This document shows positions 37,035 through 50,201 of a stretch of 64,000 nt of DNA, piece by piece. The stretch comes from Callorhinchus milii (lineage: Eukaryota), in NCBI RefSeq assembly GCF_018977255.1, contig NW_024704742.1:74154001-74218000 (forward strand), given 5' to 3'. Within the stretch, counting starts at the first letter, position 1. Each line of letters starts with the position of its first letter. The notes under the pieces were generated by a model, which was not told the origin of the DNA, did no database searches, and saw nothing but the letters and a program-made list of their open reading frames with translations. A program made the translations under genes and the position numbers.

Positions 37035-37270
37035 AGACGAGCTCAGGTGGTAGCACTCTCATCTCTGAGTCAAAGGTTATAGGTTCAAAACCAGTGTGGG
37101 GGAATTTGAGCTCATAGTCGAGGCTGACACTCCAGAACAGTGCTGAGGGAGCACTGCAATGCTGGAGGTGCTGTACTCCAAATGAGGCGTTAAGCCAAAG
37201 TCCCACCTGTCTCTACAAATCCCACGGCTCTATTGAAAAGAGGGAGTTTCTACTGGTGTCCTGGCAAACA
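37035..37270 (+). mobile_element. Deu-domain SINE (family B), 5' part
   Basis: ggtagcactctcatctctgagtc...ggttcaaa...aggctgacactccag. Confidence 0.7.
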
Positions 37271-37494
37271 ATTTCCTTGATAAAATCTGAAGGACAGAGT
37301 TTTTATCCCTGTTATCCTTTTAGTTTATATTCCAGGTTATCATTTTGAAACTTGACCTATGCAGCTCCCCCTAATCTACCTTTATTGAAGCAGAACAAAT
37401 TTAGAAGAAACTAACTTTGATTAGTTGGTGTGCTGATTAAAATGTAGGTGTTAATTCATACATTGGGAGGTCACATCATTTAGCCTATTGTTTT

Positions 37495-38372
37495 AACAAC
37501 AACAAATTATATTTATATAGTGCCTTTCACATTAGGAGGAGTCCCAAGGTGCTTGACAGTTGAGGGTTAGCACTTGAGCTAGATTGACAGAAGTGGGAAG
37601 CAAGGGAGATGGGGCTTGGAAGGCATGGTTAAAGGGGAAGGTCTTGAGATGGGCATTGAAGGAAGCAAGGGAGGGGGAGAGGTGAAGAAATTCTGGGATG
37701 GAGCTCCAGAAGATGGGGGTAGAGAGGCAGAAGGCCTGACCTCCGATGGTGTGGTGGGGTATGGTTGCACAAGACTGTGGAGAGTTTTAACGATGAGGAT
37801 GAGGATGTTGAACTCTATCCCCTGGGGGATGGTGGGGGTAATAGGGTCATGGAGCCTGGTGTAGGAAAGAACACGAGCTGCAGAGTTCTGAATGATCTGT
37901 GTATCTTGTGGAGGGAAGAATCGGGAAGGCCAAAAAGCAGGGAGTTCGGATAGTTAAGCCTGGATGGGATGAAAGCTTGAATGAGGATCTCAGCAGCCGG
38001 AGGGGAGAGGCAGTGGCGGAGCCGGGCAATGTTGCAGAGGTGGGGAAAGGCAGAGTGGGTCATGGTATGGATGTGGGGTAGAAAGCACAGTTGATAGTCG
38101 AACAAGATGCCAAGGTTCCAGACTGGCTCAGTGAGGTGGAGAGCGCATCCATGGATGGTGATGCTGTCAGCGCTTGAGGTATGGAAGTGCTGACGAGAAC
38201 CAATCACAAGAGCCTCGGTCTTGTTGACGTTCAACTGAAGAAAGTTAGCTCTCATCCAGGACTTGTTGTCTGACAGACATTCTGTCAGGACAATAGTCCT
38301 GGAGTTGAGGGTGGAGGCAGAGAGATAAACTCGGGTGTCATTCACATACATGTGGAAGTTGACCCCGTGCTA
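37495..38372 (-). mobile_element. L2-clade LINE 3' fragment
   Basis: MYVNDT...NFLQLNVNKTEALVIG...HLCNIARLRHCL...SRLNYPNSLL; (caa)n tail at 37495. Confidence 0.9.
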
Positions 38373-38969
38373 GCGGATGCTTGCAGATGTTGAAGAGAAG
38401 GAAACAGTGAAAAGAGAGGAGCTGAGAGGAGAGGCAATTGGCCAAATATATTTTGAGGGCTCATTTGTAATGTACCTTGACTGTGTGTGCGTGATTAGTA
38501 GCTCAGAGGAAGGAGACACTGCAAATGTATCTAAATAAAGATGGTACAGATCTTTTTTTAAGTTTAATGAAGAGGATGTGGTGGTGTTCCGAGAAGAGTG
38601 CAGTTCTGCATATTGCTGACTTACTCTGCTGAGGAAACAAGCACTTGTTTCAGCCTGGACCACAAATGTAACACACTCTCTCAGCACTCACTTATTTCAG
38701 TGACAGCTTCAATGTGTAAGAGATTACTGAGATTTCATAGGGACATAGAAACATATAAGACTAGAAAATACCATTGCAGCGGGTGCTAAAAGAAAACAAA
38801 TAATCCTGCCCTCTATCTCTCATACTCGTACTCAATCTTGGTCAAAGAACTGTGTAATTCCCTCATGAATTTGACGACAAATTACCCTGCAGCTTCTCTC
38901 TCTGCCTTCAAAAACCTCCTAAAAACTTCTTATCTCTTTGACCGTGTCTTTGGTTAACATCCTGAAACT

Positions 38970-39800
38970 CGCTGCACCTCGCGACCCTCACCGTGTGTGA
39001 AAGGCGTTATATAAATTCAAGTTGTGATCGCCACAATCTGCCTTCTCTGCCCAACCGAGCGATGTTCCAAAGTGCGTCAAATACACGACCGGAGACATTT
39101 CGAAATCATTTCTTCCGAGCTTATTAAAAAAAAAAACCCCAACAAATACCCGCCGAAAGCCATCATTTCCTTGTCGTTTTTATCACGGCTAATTCAGCGC
39201 GTTTTAGTCAAAGCGCACTCGATGGCGAAGGAAATCTGTGGGTGATCGGAATCGTTTTGAAAACGCAGGTCAAAGTCTTCGAGTGGGTGAACAGCAAAAA
39301 AAAAAAACAGGGTCAGGCTGTGCAATGCATTGCTGTAATGCACAGTACACTCTCACACCTCAAACAAGGCAGGTATGCAGATAAGAAAGTGACTGAGCTG
39401 AGGCATGCACACAGGGCTGGAGGGCTGACTCAGACTTGACTGTGCACATTGGCCACTGAGCTCCACCCCCTCACTCCCTACTTCTTTCTCAAGTCGTCAG
39501 GTCACGGTTTGTCGGGGGATGAGAGCGCTGCCTCGACCCGGACCGCACCAGGAAAGCTAAAGCCAGGTCTCTGCTTTTGCACTCCCGGTCAAGTTGTCCG
39601 CCTTTCCGCCCCGAAACCGTGTAAGTCCCGTGTGGGAGGGGTTCGTTCCCGCAGCAGCTGTGAACTTTTGCGGTAAGTCCCCATCACTCACTGAGACGCT
39701 CCTTTGTCACAAAGAGCATTCGGAAAGGAGCTCTCAGGCTCTCAGTGACAGCCCCACAGGGGCAGCGCAGGGCGGCACCAGCGACTGGGCGGGGGGGGGG
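38970..39800 (+). promoter_or_regulatory. CpG-enriched probable PRAG1 promoter and non-coding first exon
   Basis: Local CpG enrichment in non-repeat DNA, GC box ccgccc (~39606), AP-1 TGACTCA (39426), two GTAAGT donors (39621, 39673); about 5.5 kb upstream of the PRAG1 ATG. Confidence 0.6.
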
Positions 39801-39814
39801 GGAGTGGGGGGTCT

Positions 39815-40210
39815 GTGTGTGGGTGTGTGGGGGTCTGTGTGACTGTGTGTGTGTGTCTGTGAGTGAGTGTTTGTGTGAGTGTGTGTGTGAGTGAGTGTGT
39901 GTGTGTCTGTGAGTGTGTGTCTGTGAGTGTGTGTGTGTCTGTGAGTGTGTGTCTGTGAGTGTGTGAGTGTGTGTGTGAGTGAGTGTGTGTGTGTATGTGA
40001 GTGTGTGTGTGAGTGTGAGTGTGTGTGGTGTGTGGTGTGTGTGAGTGAGTGTGTGAGTGTGTGTGTGTATGTGAGAGTGTGTGTGAGTGTGTGTGTGTGT
40101 GTGTGTGTGAGTGTGTGTGTGAGTGTGTGTGTGAGTGTGTGAGTGAGTGAGTGTGTGTGGTGTGTGTGTGTGTGTGTGTGAGTGTGTGTGAGTGTGTGAG
40201 TGAGTGAGTG
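39815..40210. repeat. Compound (TG)n/(TGAG)n microsatellite, ~400 bp
   Basis: Directly visible; it produces the spurious His/Thr and Cys/Val ORFs. Confidence 0.97.
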
Positions 40211-41865
40211 CAGAGCAGCTCTGTGATGTGTGTGAGAGGTAATGCTGCATTATCAGGACTTTCTTTCTGTGCTGTGGGGTTCCAGACACGCGGTCCGTGT
40301 GTGTGTGTGTGCACCAGGGAGTGCCTGTGTGCAGACTACCCGGGACTGGCCGGGGCTCCCACAGCACAGTAACCCGAGAAGCTGACTTCACATCATTCCC
40401 TCAGACATTTTCAGAGTGAGCTCCTTCTGCTGTAGCCCCCACCCACAGCTCAGCTCCTGGGGCAGCCTCCCCTCCCCTCCCCTCCCCTCGCCATTGTGTA
40501 GTACTGTAAGGTACGTGTGGAGCAAAAAAAGCTCCACAGAAACCTGCAAGAAGGCAACCATGTCTGGGGTAAGGATTTCCAACCTTATTAAAGCAAGTCG
40601 TGACTTTACACTTTAATGAAAAGTTTTTTTTTTTGGGGGTGGGGGGGCTCTGGTGACAAGTTTCGAACACGTGTTACTTGATGTGTTATTTGTGGGGCTT
40701 TGCATTGAACCCCAATGACTGAGATGCTGGGGCTCAGTATAAGTTCACAGCTTGGAGCATTGTTTGTTTGCAGGTTGTGAGACGGATCTCATCTCTTCCT
40801 TCTGCAAATGACAGCCTGGGTTGACCTCTTTAGCAATTTGCCTTCAATGTTATACGTTTACATAAGGTACAAGTCCTGAAGTTCAAAGGTGTTGCTTACT
40901 CTGGCACATCATAAATACCTTCTGATTACAATGGTGTATAAATATTGCAGTGAAAGGCCACTGGCTCTGGGTTTCCTCAATCTGTCGAGCATTTATCACC
41001 GTCCAGAATTTGACAAATCGATTGCATTCAGTTTTTGACTCTGAAGCTGTTTTTTTCTGGAACTCTTAAAAACTGGCTTCAAAATTAAGATTGTATTTAA
41101 GAACTTGTCAATTTCTGGCGCTCCGTAATGTTAACATGAATGGAGTAAATGTGGAGCCAGGTGGAATTTTTCTGCACTGGTTTATTTTCTTATTCATCCC
41201 TTGAACATGACTATTGCTTTATGAACTGCGACCTCGTTTGTAATAGCATTAATAGTGTATTACCTTATTTTGAATGTTTGTATTTTACTTTTTAACAGTT
41301 TGGGAGGGTATTTTACTGAATTAGAACGGTGGGCGTGAGGTAGAATCAGCTGCAGCCTGATCCCCTCAAAGTAAGGATACAGCTCACTTTCTCCATTCAT
41401 TGCTTGAAATGCCTGTCAGTGACTTGAAGGTAGGGGTGGGTTGTGGTGGAAGGGATTAAACAGCTCAGTCACTGGGCACATTGTCTTTCAGTCGGTCAGT
41501 AACTGATTCAGGGGTCTCGGTTCAATTCAGGGTAAGTGAGGCTCTGAGACAATGAGACGCATTCTTTCATCTGAATGAATGATGTAGCTGTGCTTGGCAC
41601 AGGCATTTTGCTTTAATTTTAATTCAATCACCCGCTTGAGACAGATTTATCCGTGCACACTTGAACCATAACCAATTTGAAGGAATTCAGGAGTCACTGT
41701 TCTGCGGGATTGTATCACTATTTGTGACTTGCCATATGTCATGACTAAGCTTTTGAGGCATTTTAGGCCTGAGCCCTGTTTTCGGCGACAGCCCTGATGG
41801 GGTTGCACGCGGTCAATGGTATCGGGTTGAGATGAGCTGCTTTCATCTTCTCACAAGTCCCACAA

Positions 41866-42180
41866 GTGGAGTCCTGTAGCTTAGTGTTTAGAGCAGTCGC
41901 CTCTCAAGTGAGAGGACCTCGGTTCGATTCCCGGGCAGGATGCAGCGTTGTGCACATTTCCTTACTCCACACACCTTTGTTCACCGAGCAATAAGTAGAA
42001 ACCTGATTGTCAGTTGATTGGTGGATCACATTTCCGGGGGTAATAATCCCATGAAAAAAATGTGTTCACTCAATCCACGACTGTTTGTGGGTCACTGATG
42101 TGTGTAATTGACTGCTGTGTTTCGCCCACAAAATATACAGTCAATTCAGTTTACAGTGGATTCTGTGAAGCGCTTTGAGA
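41866..42180 (+). mobile_element. SINE family A, long form
   Basis: gtggagtcctgtagcttagtg...ggttcgattcccgg...tttgttcaccgagcaataagtag... Confidence 0.85.
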
Positions 42181-42611
42181 TGCTAAGTTTTCAGCACCAC
42201 AAACCCCAGCAACAGTTGAAACGTGAGGAGTTTTGTTAGGGGGAGGGGGAACAGAGGGCAATATTTTTAGCTCTGAATTTATTGGACTGATGAAGAGAAG
42301 CAGCTGGTGTTCTCCTCAGATATCTCGTTATATGTTGGAGCCTTATATTTTTATGTATTTATTAATCAAGAGAAATGTGACTTTTCTGTTGTGCAAAACC
42401 ATCTCGCAGCACTGGGCAGTGCTGTGGATTCAGTGAGGAAACCCGTCTGTCCACCACAGGTGGGGCCTTGGCTAGGGATCCTCTGCACCAGAGGTGTTAG
42501 CACTTCCTCATCTAGGAATGTAAACTGTTGAATTTACACATCAGTGTTTAAATTAAATCATGCAGTATAATTGCTGATAGGTACACACTGCCTGGCTTGC
42601 CAGCGGGATTC

Positions 42612-43200
42612 TCTTTCGTTTTGGTCAGCCGGGTGTCTGACACACTGGAAACCCATCACCATGCTGAGGAGTATTCAAACTAGGCTGAGAGTTTCATGCA
42701 TCCCACCTACACATGGAAATTCCCAGGTCTGGAATGGAATGCGCACTCTCTCCCCAGAGGGATGCACCCTGCTTACCTAATTCCGGAGAGTATTGATCAC
42801 AGATTGGCTTGAAGAACCTAGAGACTGGATTGGGGTACTGCTGAAGATTAACCGGGTAAAACCGGATAGCTTGCCATTGATAGAACTGTCTGGCAAGTTT
42901 CCCATTGCTTGTCTACCGAGATCCACTCTATCCAAGGGCTTTGGTTTGCAGGGTTAGCAGGAGCTGATTGAAAAGAATCCCTGACCAAGTCTTGGAGGTC
43001 TGCCTCTCCAAATCCTGCAAATGTGCTATCATGAGCAGTACCTTGGCATACTGTGGAACCGCCTGGCTCAGGAGCCAGACTTCTAAGACTGCCACAGAGG
43101 ATTGACTTGCTTCTGATGTTCTGTTGCAAAGCATGTCACCTTGGAGCCAGCTCAGCTTCAAGGAGATCCCGCTTACCTTGCTTACCACCCCTCCCCCTCG
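42612..43200 (-). mobile_element. Family X repeat, longest copy
   Basis: ttttggtcagccgggtgtctgac (3' end) to gcttaccttgcttaccacccctcccc (5' region). Confidence 0.75.
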
Positions 43201-44469
43201 CAAAGGGGAAGAGACTTTCTTCACCAGAACATTGCCCCTTGTCCCTGCAGAATCAACCATCAGTGCCTGGGTTTCTGCTGAGTATGACTATGGAATTATC
43301 CTGAGTTACAATCAGTCAACATTTTCATAACCCAACAATCCTGGTTTAGAAAGTGATGGTTAGCTTTGGGGTCTATCATAATGTAGCTGCTAAATATAGG
43401 GATCATTTGTCTCATCTTTATAATAGGATATTCTAAATTAAAGATTGGTATTTTTAGCCATCAGTGCTTGGCAGTCCAATTGGGTTTAAACTTCTAAGAG
43501 GTATCAAATTCCAATATTGTCTAGTACAGTACCTCACAAGAAAGAAAGACATTTGGAATAAATCTGCTTTAAAAAAATTTAAGACATCTGTGAACTTGTT
43601 GCTGTGAGAGGAACACAATGTAGGTCAGTATCTCTGCTCTTTAAGAAACAAAATAAATGAGATAATCACAGCTACAATTAAACTGTTCTGAAAACACCAA
43701 ACATTTTTGTTAGTAATGAATATTTAACATTAAGCCAAACAATTCTTAGGACTTTGAAAAAGAATGCTGTAAATCCCACTACACTCTGGAGAAGGTTGTG
43801 TTTCCCACTGTCCCGGTCAATAATGCTCCAGATAATGTGGTCATTCACCTCATGGTTATTTGTGCTCAAGCGCTGTGGGACGCTACCCTGTGTGAAGGGC
43901 GATATATAAATGCAAGTTGTTGTTGTGGGACAAAATGCCTGCTGTGCGTGCATATAAAAATACTCACTACATATGACACTACTGTGAAACAACTGTATCT
44001 GTTTTTATAATAAAAAGAACAATTCACAAGTACACACAGAGAGAATAGTAATCTGTAACGAGCCAGATATTATTGTAAAGAACCAAATAGATTGTACATG
44101 TAATATTATTCATTTTAGCTATCCTAAGTGATTACATCCTAAGAAATAAGGAACTAGTGAAGAGCAGGAATTATAACGATCTAACAAATTGAATGCAGAC
44201 AAGTGTGGTAGTATAAAATAAACATAGTTTCTATAATCATTGGTGCAACTGGGACTGTTAATAAAACTATTTAGAAATGGCTTGGCAAAATACCCGGTGA
44301 ACAAAATATCAACTTCCTGCAAAAAGTAGCTATTTTGGGAAGTTCAAACATACCAAGAAAAGTAACAGCCATTCATTCATGTGTAACTTGGCAGTGTTAT
44401 CGGTCTGGCTGACCATTACTGAAAACCACTTAGAAAATACCTCTACAGAGTGATTTAAACTGTAATAAC

Positions 44470-44500
<31 letters not shown>

Positions 44501-44869
44501 TCCTTTCATTTGATAAGCGCCTTATCATGTCGTTGAGATGTCTCAAAGTGCTTCACAGGATAAAACTGTGAAGTGGTGTGACTGTGTGTATTATATGGGC
44601 CTAATAAATGCTTTATTTTGGCATATAAGGTACTCTCAAAGTCAAGTTCTTTATAATATATATCAAACAGGCACAAATATCACAATTAGTAATTTATGGC
44701 TTTATATATAATAATAATTCTTACATTTGATAGAGTCCCATATCATGACATTAGATGTTTCAAAGCTCTTCACAGGCATTTACTGTGAAGTTTAGCCTGA
44801 AAGCTGATCTTTTCTACATGTTTATATGTTTATATTTAATAGAAGATAGTTTCCATTTATTTTCCACAG

Positions 44870-44964
44870 GCTTGTACCTTGATGATTTTACCGAGCACTG
44901 AATCCCTCACCAATGTCAACTAGTGGCCAGTAATGCAAACTATTTAGTCTCACCTGTTACACGG
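44870..44964 (+). other. PRAG1: Probable 95-nt non-coding 5'UTR exon of PRAG1
   Basis: Strong acceptor tttattttccacag| and donor CGG|gtgagt, followed by a 105-nt intron ending tctttgcag at 45069. Confidence 0.55.
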
Positions 44965-45186
44965 GTGAGTCCCTTTTAGTTGAAGGGCATATGTAGGCGT
45001 CTATATAACAAATGTGCTGTAAGATTTCATTGCCCAAATAAACATTACTGAAGGATATTTTCTTTGCAGGGGTGGTGTACAACTGGCGTGAAGGTACTGA
45101 CACATTTAAGATAGCACTGCAACATGAGAGACAGTGAGCCTTGTGCTGCTCATGGTCCAGATTGACACGAACACTAAGCACTCAAA

Positions 45187-45477
45187 ATGTCTCTTTGCAA
45201 TGATTTTTCTGAACACGTTTGGAAGCCTGGCTCCTGCAAGAACTGCTTCAAATCAAGAGGTTCCCACAAGCTACAGACAGCGACTGACACCGGCAAAGTA
45301 GCTACACACACCACAAATGTCTTTAAAAACAACGGTGACAGGACTCTCTTGGATGAGGAATATGCACTGGCTTCATCTCACTCCAAACCCACTATAGCAG
45401 TCAAGCCAACTCTAATGAACTCTGACGGTGCTACTGAGATGTGGGCAGACGTGAATATGAATTCAGAAGGGCAGCAG
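45187..45477 (+). CDS. PRAG1: PRAG1 (pragmin/SgK223) first coding exon; the exon starts at 45070
   Basis: MSLCNDFSEHVWKPGSCKNCF is the PEAK-family N-terminal motif; KPTIAVKPT; in-frame stop upstream of the ATG; donor CAG|gtactg; 97 codons, phase 0. Confidence 0.93.
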
Positions 45478-46794
45478 GTACTGTACATGTTGAATGTGCT
45501 TATTAATGTCAGGCCGTAAGCTGACATGGGATTTGTACAAACTGGAAGTCACTGGGCTAACAACGACCTCTCGATCTGATCACGGCCAGTGTTTTGTTTT
45601 CACTCCGTCTCTTGCCTGAAAAAACGTCCTGAAGAATATGGTCAAAGGGTCATTAAGCAAAATGCTGATCGTTGAGAATATTTTCAAAAGCAAATTATTT
45701 GGTATTGAATTCTGCAATTTCAGATGCTAATTACGCAGACAGTAAAGCATTTAAACCCCAAATAGTTCTTTCCAGCAATGGGTTTTGCAGCAAGGCTGAG
45801 AGCAAATGAGCCAAAGAGACATATAAAAGTTCTGTCAAAGAGACCCTCACTATCCCTGTAACCAAGCAGTCTAGTTCTAGTATTTGAAAGGGTTTTCACT
45901 GTACCCCTTGACCAGTTAGATCATTATAAATCAAAATGAACTATAGGAACATTGTAAAGAATGGAGCTGCATGTCTCTATTAGTACAATGGGACCACTAT
46001 CACTGTGTATGTCAGGGTCTGAACGCTGCCACTCTTCTATCAGATACTGGACTGATGAAATTGACATGGGGAGTGCTGTTCACCCACTGTTTAGTGTTCA
46101 CAGATTATTTAGATTTTTAACATTGAGCTTAATTGTTAATTGTTGGAAATGTTTTCACATTTGTTCTCCCCACTTCTGGAGTTGTCACTTCATTCTGCGG
46201 TCTCACACATAGCCACTCGCTCTCTGGTAACCCTCTCGTGTCCGAGCTCCCATTATGTGTTTGCTTCAGGGACATAATGAAGCACATGATGTGACAATCT
46301 TTCAGAAGAGTCTCAAGTTCCTTAGACATTGCTCCTCTGTTGGAATTGTCATCCCTTTCCCTTGTCTACAGTTGTGCGGTGGCAATCCTTGTCCATTCTT
46401 CGTGATCCTTCCAGTAGACCTCTTGCTTCTTTAAAGAGAAAAATTGTATCTTGTAGTGCCTTGTCAGGTTGAAACATCTAAATGCACAGAGGTAATTACT
46501 GTCAAGTGTAATGGTTGTTTGTGTAGGCAAATTGGCAACCATTTGCACACAGCAAGGTTCCATAAATATCCATGAGGTGAATAATCAAATAATCTAAAGG
46601 TTAAATTCATTATTCTTGGCACAATGTGGGTCATGGATTAGTTTGGATATGATATAGATGTGAGGGATATGCAGTGAATGAACAAACCTACAACCTTCTA
46701 TCCCAGAGGCAAAAGTGCTCGTAACTTAGCCAAACTTCACCTAGAATCCATTGTCCCTCATTGTATCATTGAAGACAATAGCCTTCAATACTTA

Positions 46795-47252
46795 CCCAGA
46801 CTTACCTGGACCAAACTCTGTACCCTCATCTCACCAATTCTGGCCAGGCTCCACTGGCTCCCCATCATCGAACGGATTGACTTCAAGATCCTCACACTCG
46901 TATTCAAATCCCTTCACTCTCTGGCACCGCCCTACCTCCTCACTCCCCAATTCACCACCTGGCACCTTCGCTTGACTGCTCATAACCTCCTACTTATCCC
47001 TCGCACCCTCCGCTCCACCATTGGAGGTCACACTTTCAGCTACTACGCCCTGAAACTCTGGAACACTCTCCCTCAATCCCTCCTCCTTGCCCCCTCGCTT
47101 CCCTTTTTCAAGTCCCACCTGAAAACCTTCCTTTTCAACCTTGCTTAAGGCTACCTCTGTACTCCCCAGCTTGGAGTCAGGCTCCGCCACTGTTAAGCGC
47201 TCTGAGACGTTACCCTGTGTGGAGGGCGCTGTATAAGTGCAAGTTGTTGTTG
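46795..47252 (+). mobile_element. L2-clade LINE 3' fragment
   Basis: ISPILARLHWLPIIERIDFKILTLVFKSLH...TIGGHTFSYYALKLWNTLP; (ttg)n tail. Confidence 0.88.
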
Positions 47253-48054
47253 TAATCTACAACAGAAGTACATGCCATATTACTATCCTCTTGCTAGGTA
47301 TTCTTATTCATCCTTTTATTCATCCGATTTGAGTGTGATATACATCTATACTTGCACACCAGCCAACTATTCAGATATGCAACAAAGCTAAAATGTCCCT
47401 TTACCTCCCAAATAATTAGTTAGTTGCTGATTTTGACACGAGTGGAAACACTTTACTGATATTTTTTCTCCACACGTTCCCTCCTGATGCCATCAGCTGT
47501 TGGTGGGATATGGTTCAACTGAGCCCTGGCTTGGATTCTCCATCCCAAGTGTGGGGTGCTGTAGCTATTTGTTGTAGCCCAACTGCTGTGTGCTGAGATC
47601 AGCTAACTCAGCACAGACTGAGATTTAAACCTGTGAACTGTATGATTTTGTATCTTTCTGGGTGGCACCTTGACTCAGTTGTTTTTAAAATCAGTTTTGT
47701 CGGCTTGTTAACATATTAGTCAGTGTGTCCAGTCAATCCAGAGCCTTTGTTCAGTTTTGAAATGACCTCAGACAAGGTGACAGGCACCTCCTTCCTTCCT
47801 GTCATGATCAGACAGTCCAGATTTAATGCAAAGTGACTGTCAGAAATCCCTGATTAACAGTCTGCACGAACTTGAAAATCAGTCAGTATCTCATTAGAAG
47901 CAATTTCACAACTTCTATTGCAACGAGTAAAGTTTCAAAATGTTTCATCTGTGTTTCCTTTAGAGTTGCTGTTCATTGAATTCCTAACCTGTGTTAGGCT
48001 GTTAGGCTTAGTTCACTCATAACAATAACAACCACTAACTTTTGAAACCTGCAG

Positions 48055-50201
48055 GTAACCCAGGAAATGTCATCCGAAAAATCTAAAAGTTGTCAGAATA
48101 ATAATGACATAGAGCCCGGGACAATGCAATTGGATTGTAACTCCTGCAGGTGTTTGCGAGCGGCTGTGGGGAACCACTCCTCTGATGATGCTGTACATTC
48201 GTGGTGTCCTAAAGAGAATTGTGGAGAAATATCACGACATGGGAGTGAATCTCTGTATGAGCAGAATGTGTATCACACAGAGTCATCGGGTGATGGGGAG
48301 GGGCATGGCTACATGTCGACACCAGCCAACACCGACACCTTCACAATCACTCGCGGCGTGGACAAGCAACAGCAGCAGCACAGTTTATTTCCACACCAGG
48401 AATTTAAGAGTTTAAACCTGCCATCGCCAAACAACTTGAAAAATTCACTTCGGAGCAGGAGCACTGAGGCAGAGAAACCAATGTGCAGCAGTTATGAAGA
48501 GGTATTGCAGTTCTATTCACTTGATGAGGAGACAAGCAACGTCATGAACTCCTACATGTTGATACAAAGTCCAAATAATTCTTTAAGTACTGAAGCAGCA
48601 ATACCAGACCTCGCCTTTCCTAGTGGTTCTGATCAAATCTATCCCCTGGACAAAGCTCTGAGCCTGAACAGAGATTGCAGTAAATCACAGATGGGAGCTG
48701 AACATCGGGAGATCAGGAAGTTTGAAACAACAACAAATACATTCTTTAAGTTAGGATCAAGCTACCATGGTGAAGTGAGTATACAGTGCAATGAGCAATA
48801 TCTGCAGGAACATCTGGATACATGTGACTCATCTCTACATCACCAGGCTGCATGTCCAGACAGTAGAGACGTCTTGTTCATGTCTGGATGTGGGAACCCT
48901 AAGGAACTGCTTCCATGGGAGGCGACACAGATACGTTCTTATGCCTCACAGATAAAGCAGCACTGTCATGAAGCCTCTGGGTCGGATTGTACAAACTGCA
49001 GTGAAAATAAGGAGGAAATAGCTGTTCCTGAGATCAGACCTACGGTAAGGAATAACAACGGTAATTTGTGCAATTGGTCCGTGAACTCGGTCCTGAAACC
49101 TGACAGAAACGAACCAATCTATGCAGAGAGCACAAAAAGGAAAAATAGAGCACCTGGTAACAAAAATAATGTCAGGAAAGCTCAGTGGTCAACAGTGGAG
49201 ACTCTGCAGAAAGAAACGGTGGTGGAGCACCAAGAGGATGGAAGAACAGATGTGGTGGGTACTGATGATGTCAGCAGTCAGAGACCCACTATTACTGTGG
49301 TGACATCACACACCGATGAAGACAACAGGACATTTTATCTAAGCAGCCCTGACTCTGCTGTTGCAGTGCAATGGCAATGTTTTAATCCAGGAGCGAATGC
49401 ACATCAAGATCATGGTAACCCCTCTCCATCCCTACAACACTCGCCCACTGGTTATTCAAATCAACACAGGAGCAGCCATGAATCCTGCTCAATAGAGACG
49501 GCAAACCTGCAGCATTCTTCCCGCCCTATCCCTGCAGTACCTCCTAAACAGTCAAAAGCCAGCACAGTCCTAGAACCAATCTCAACAGGAAACAGCAAAT
49601 CACAGGAGTTAAACAATCTCTCCATGTATAAGTCCTGTGACAGTGTAGGAAGCGATACAGCCAGTGAAAACCATTCAGTGTCGCAGCACTGTCCTTCTCC
49701 AACAGATATAAGCAAAGAATCACTTGGAGCTGAGCAATCAGGCAAGCTCTCAATAACTATACCCATCAGCCATCCCTATAGCAGAGTCCTCACTGAAACA
49801 GCTGAGCTTAGCTCCTCTTCACTGACAGCAGAGAGAAGAAGTAGATACTACAAAACAGCATGGGGCAAACAGTGCAAAATAGATGAAGAGGAAGAGAATG
49901 AGGAAACAAGGAACCATTCACAAGAAGGGCAACCTGTAAGTCCGATGGATTCCCATTGTGCCAAGAGAGGGGATAAAAGCTTGGAAACGGCAGCCAGTAC
50001 TTATAATGCACCAATACCACCAATAACATACAGTGGTGTTGTCCATTATGGGGAAAAGAGCCAAGCTGGAAGCTATTCTGAAGGAAATAGAAGATCTGAT
50101 GTTTCCAAGGCTACAATCTACTCTTCTTCAGAATGGACTGAGAGTAGAAACCCAGCAACCAACACAGTACCTCCACCTCCTCCCCCAAAGAAACAGAGCA
50201 G
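48055..50201 (+). CDS. PRAG1: PRAG1 large coding exon (disordered region with EPIYA)
   Basis: actaac branch point, then ctgcag|GTAACC...AGCAG|gtaacc; 2147 nt open; motifs EPIYAESTKRK (49111), YLSSPDSAV, PAVPPK, PPPPPPKK. Confidence 0.95.

Noticed and set aside
39684..40391. 235-aa and 190-aa His/Thr-rich ORFs and a Cys/Val-rich ORF
   Set aside because: These are translations of the (TG/CA)n microsatellite.
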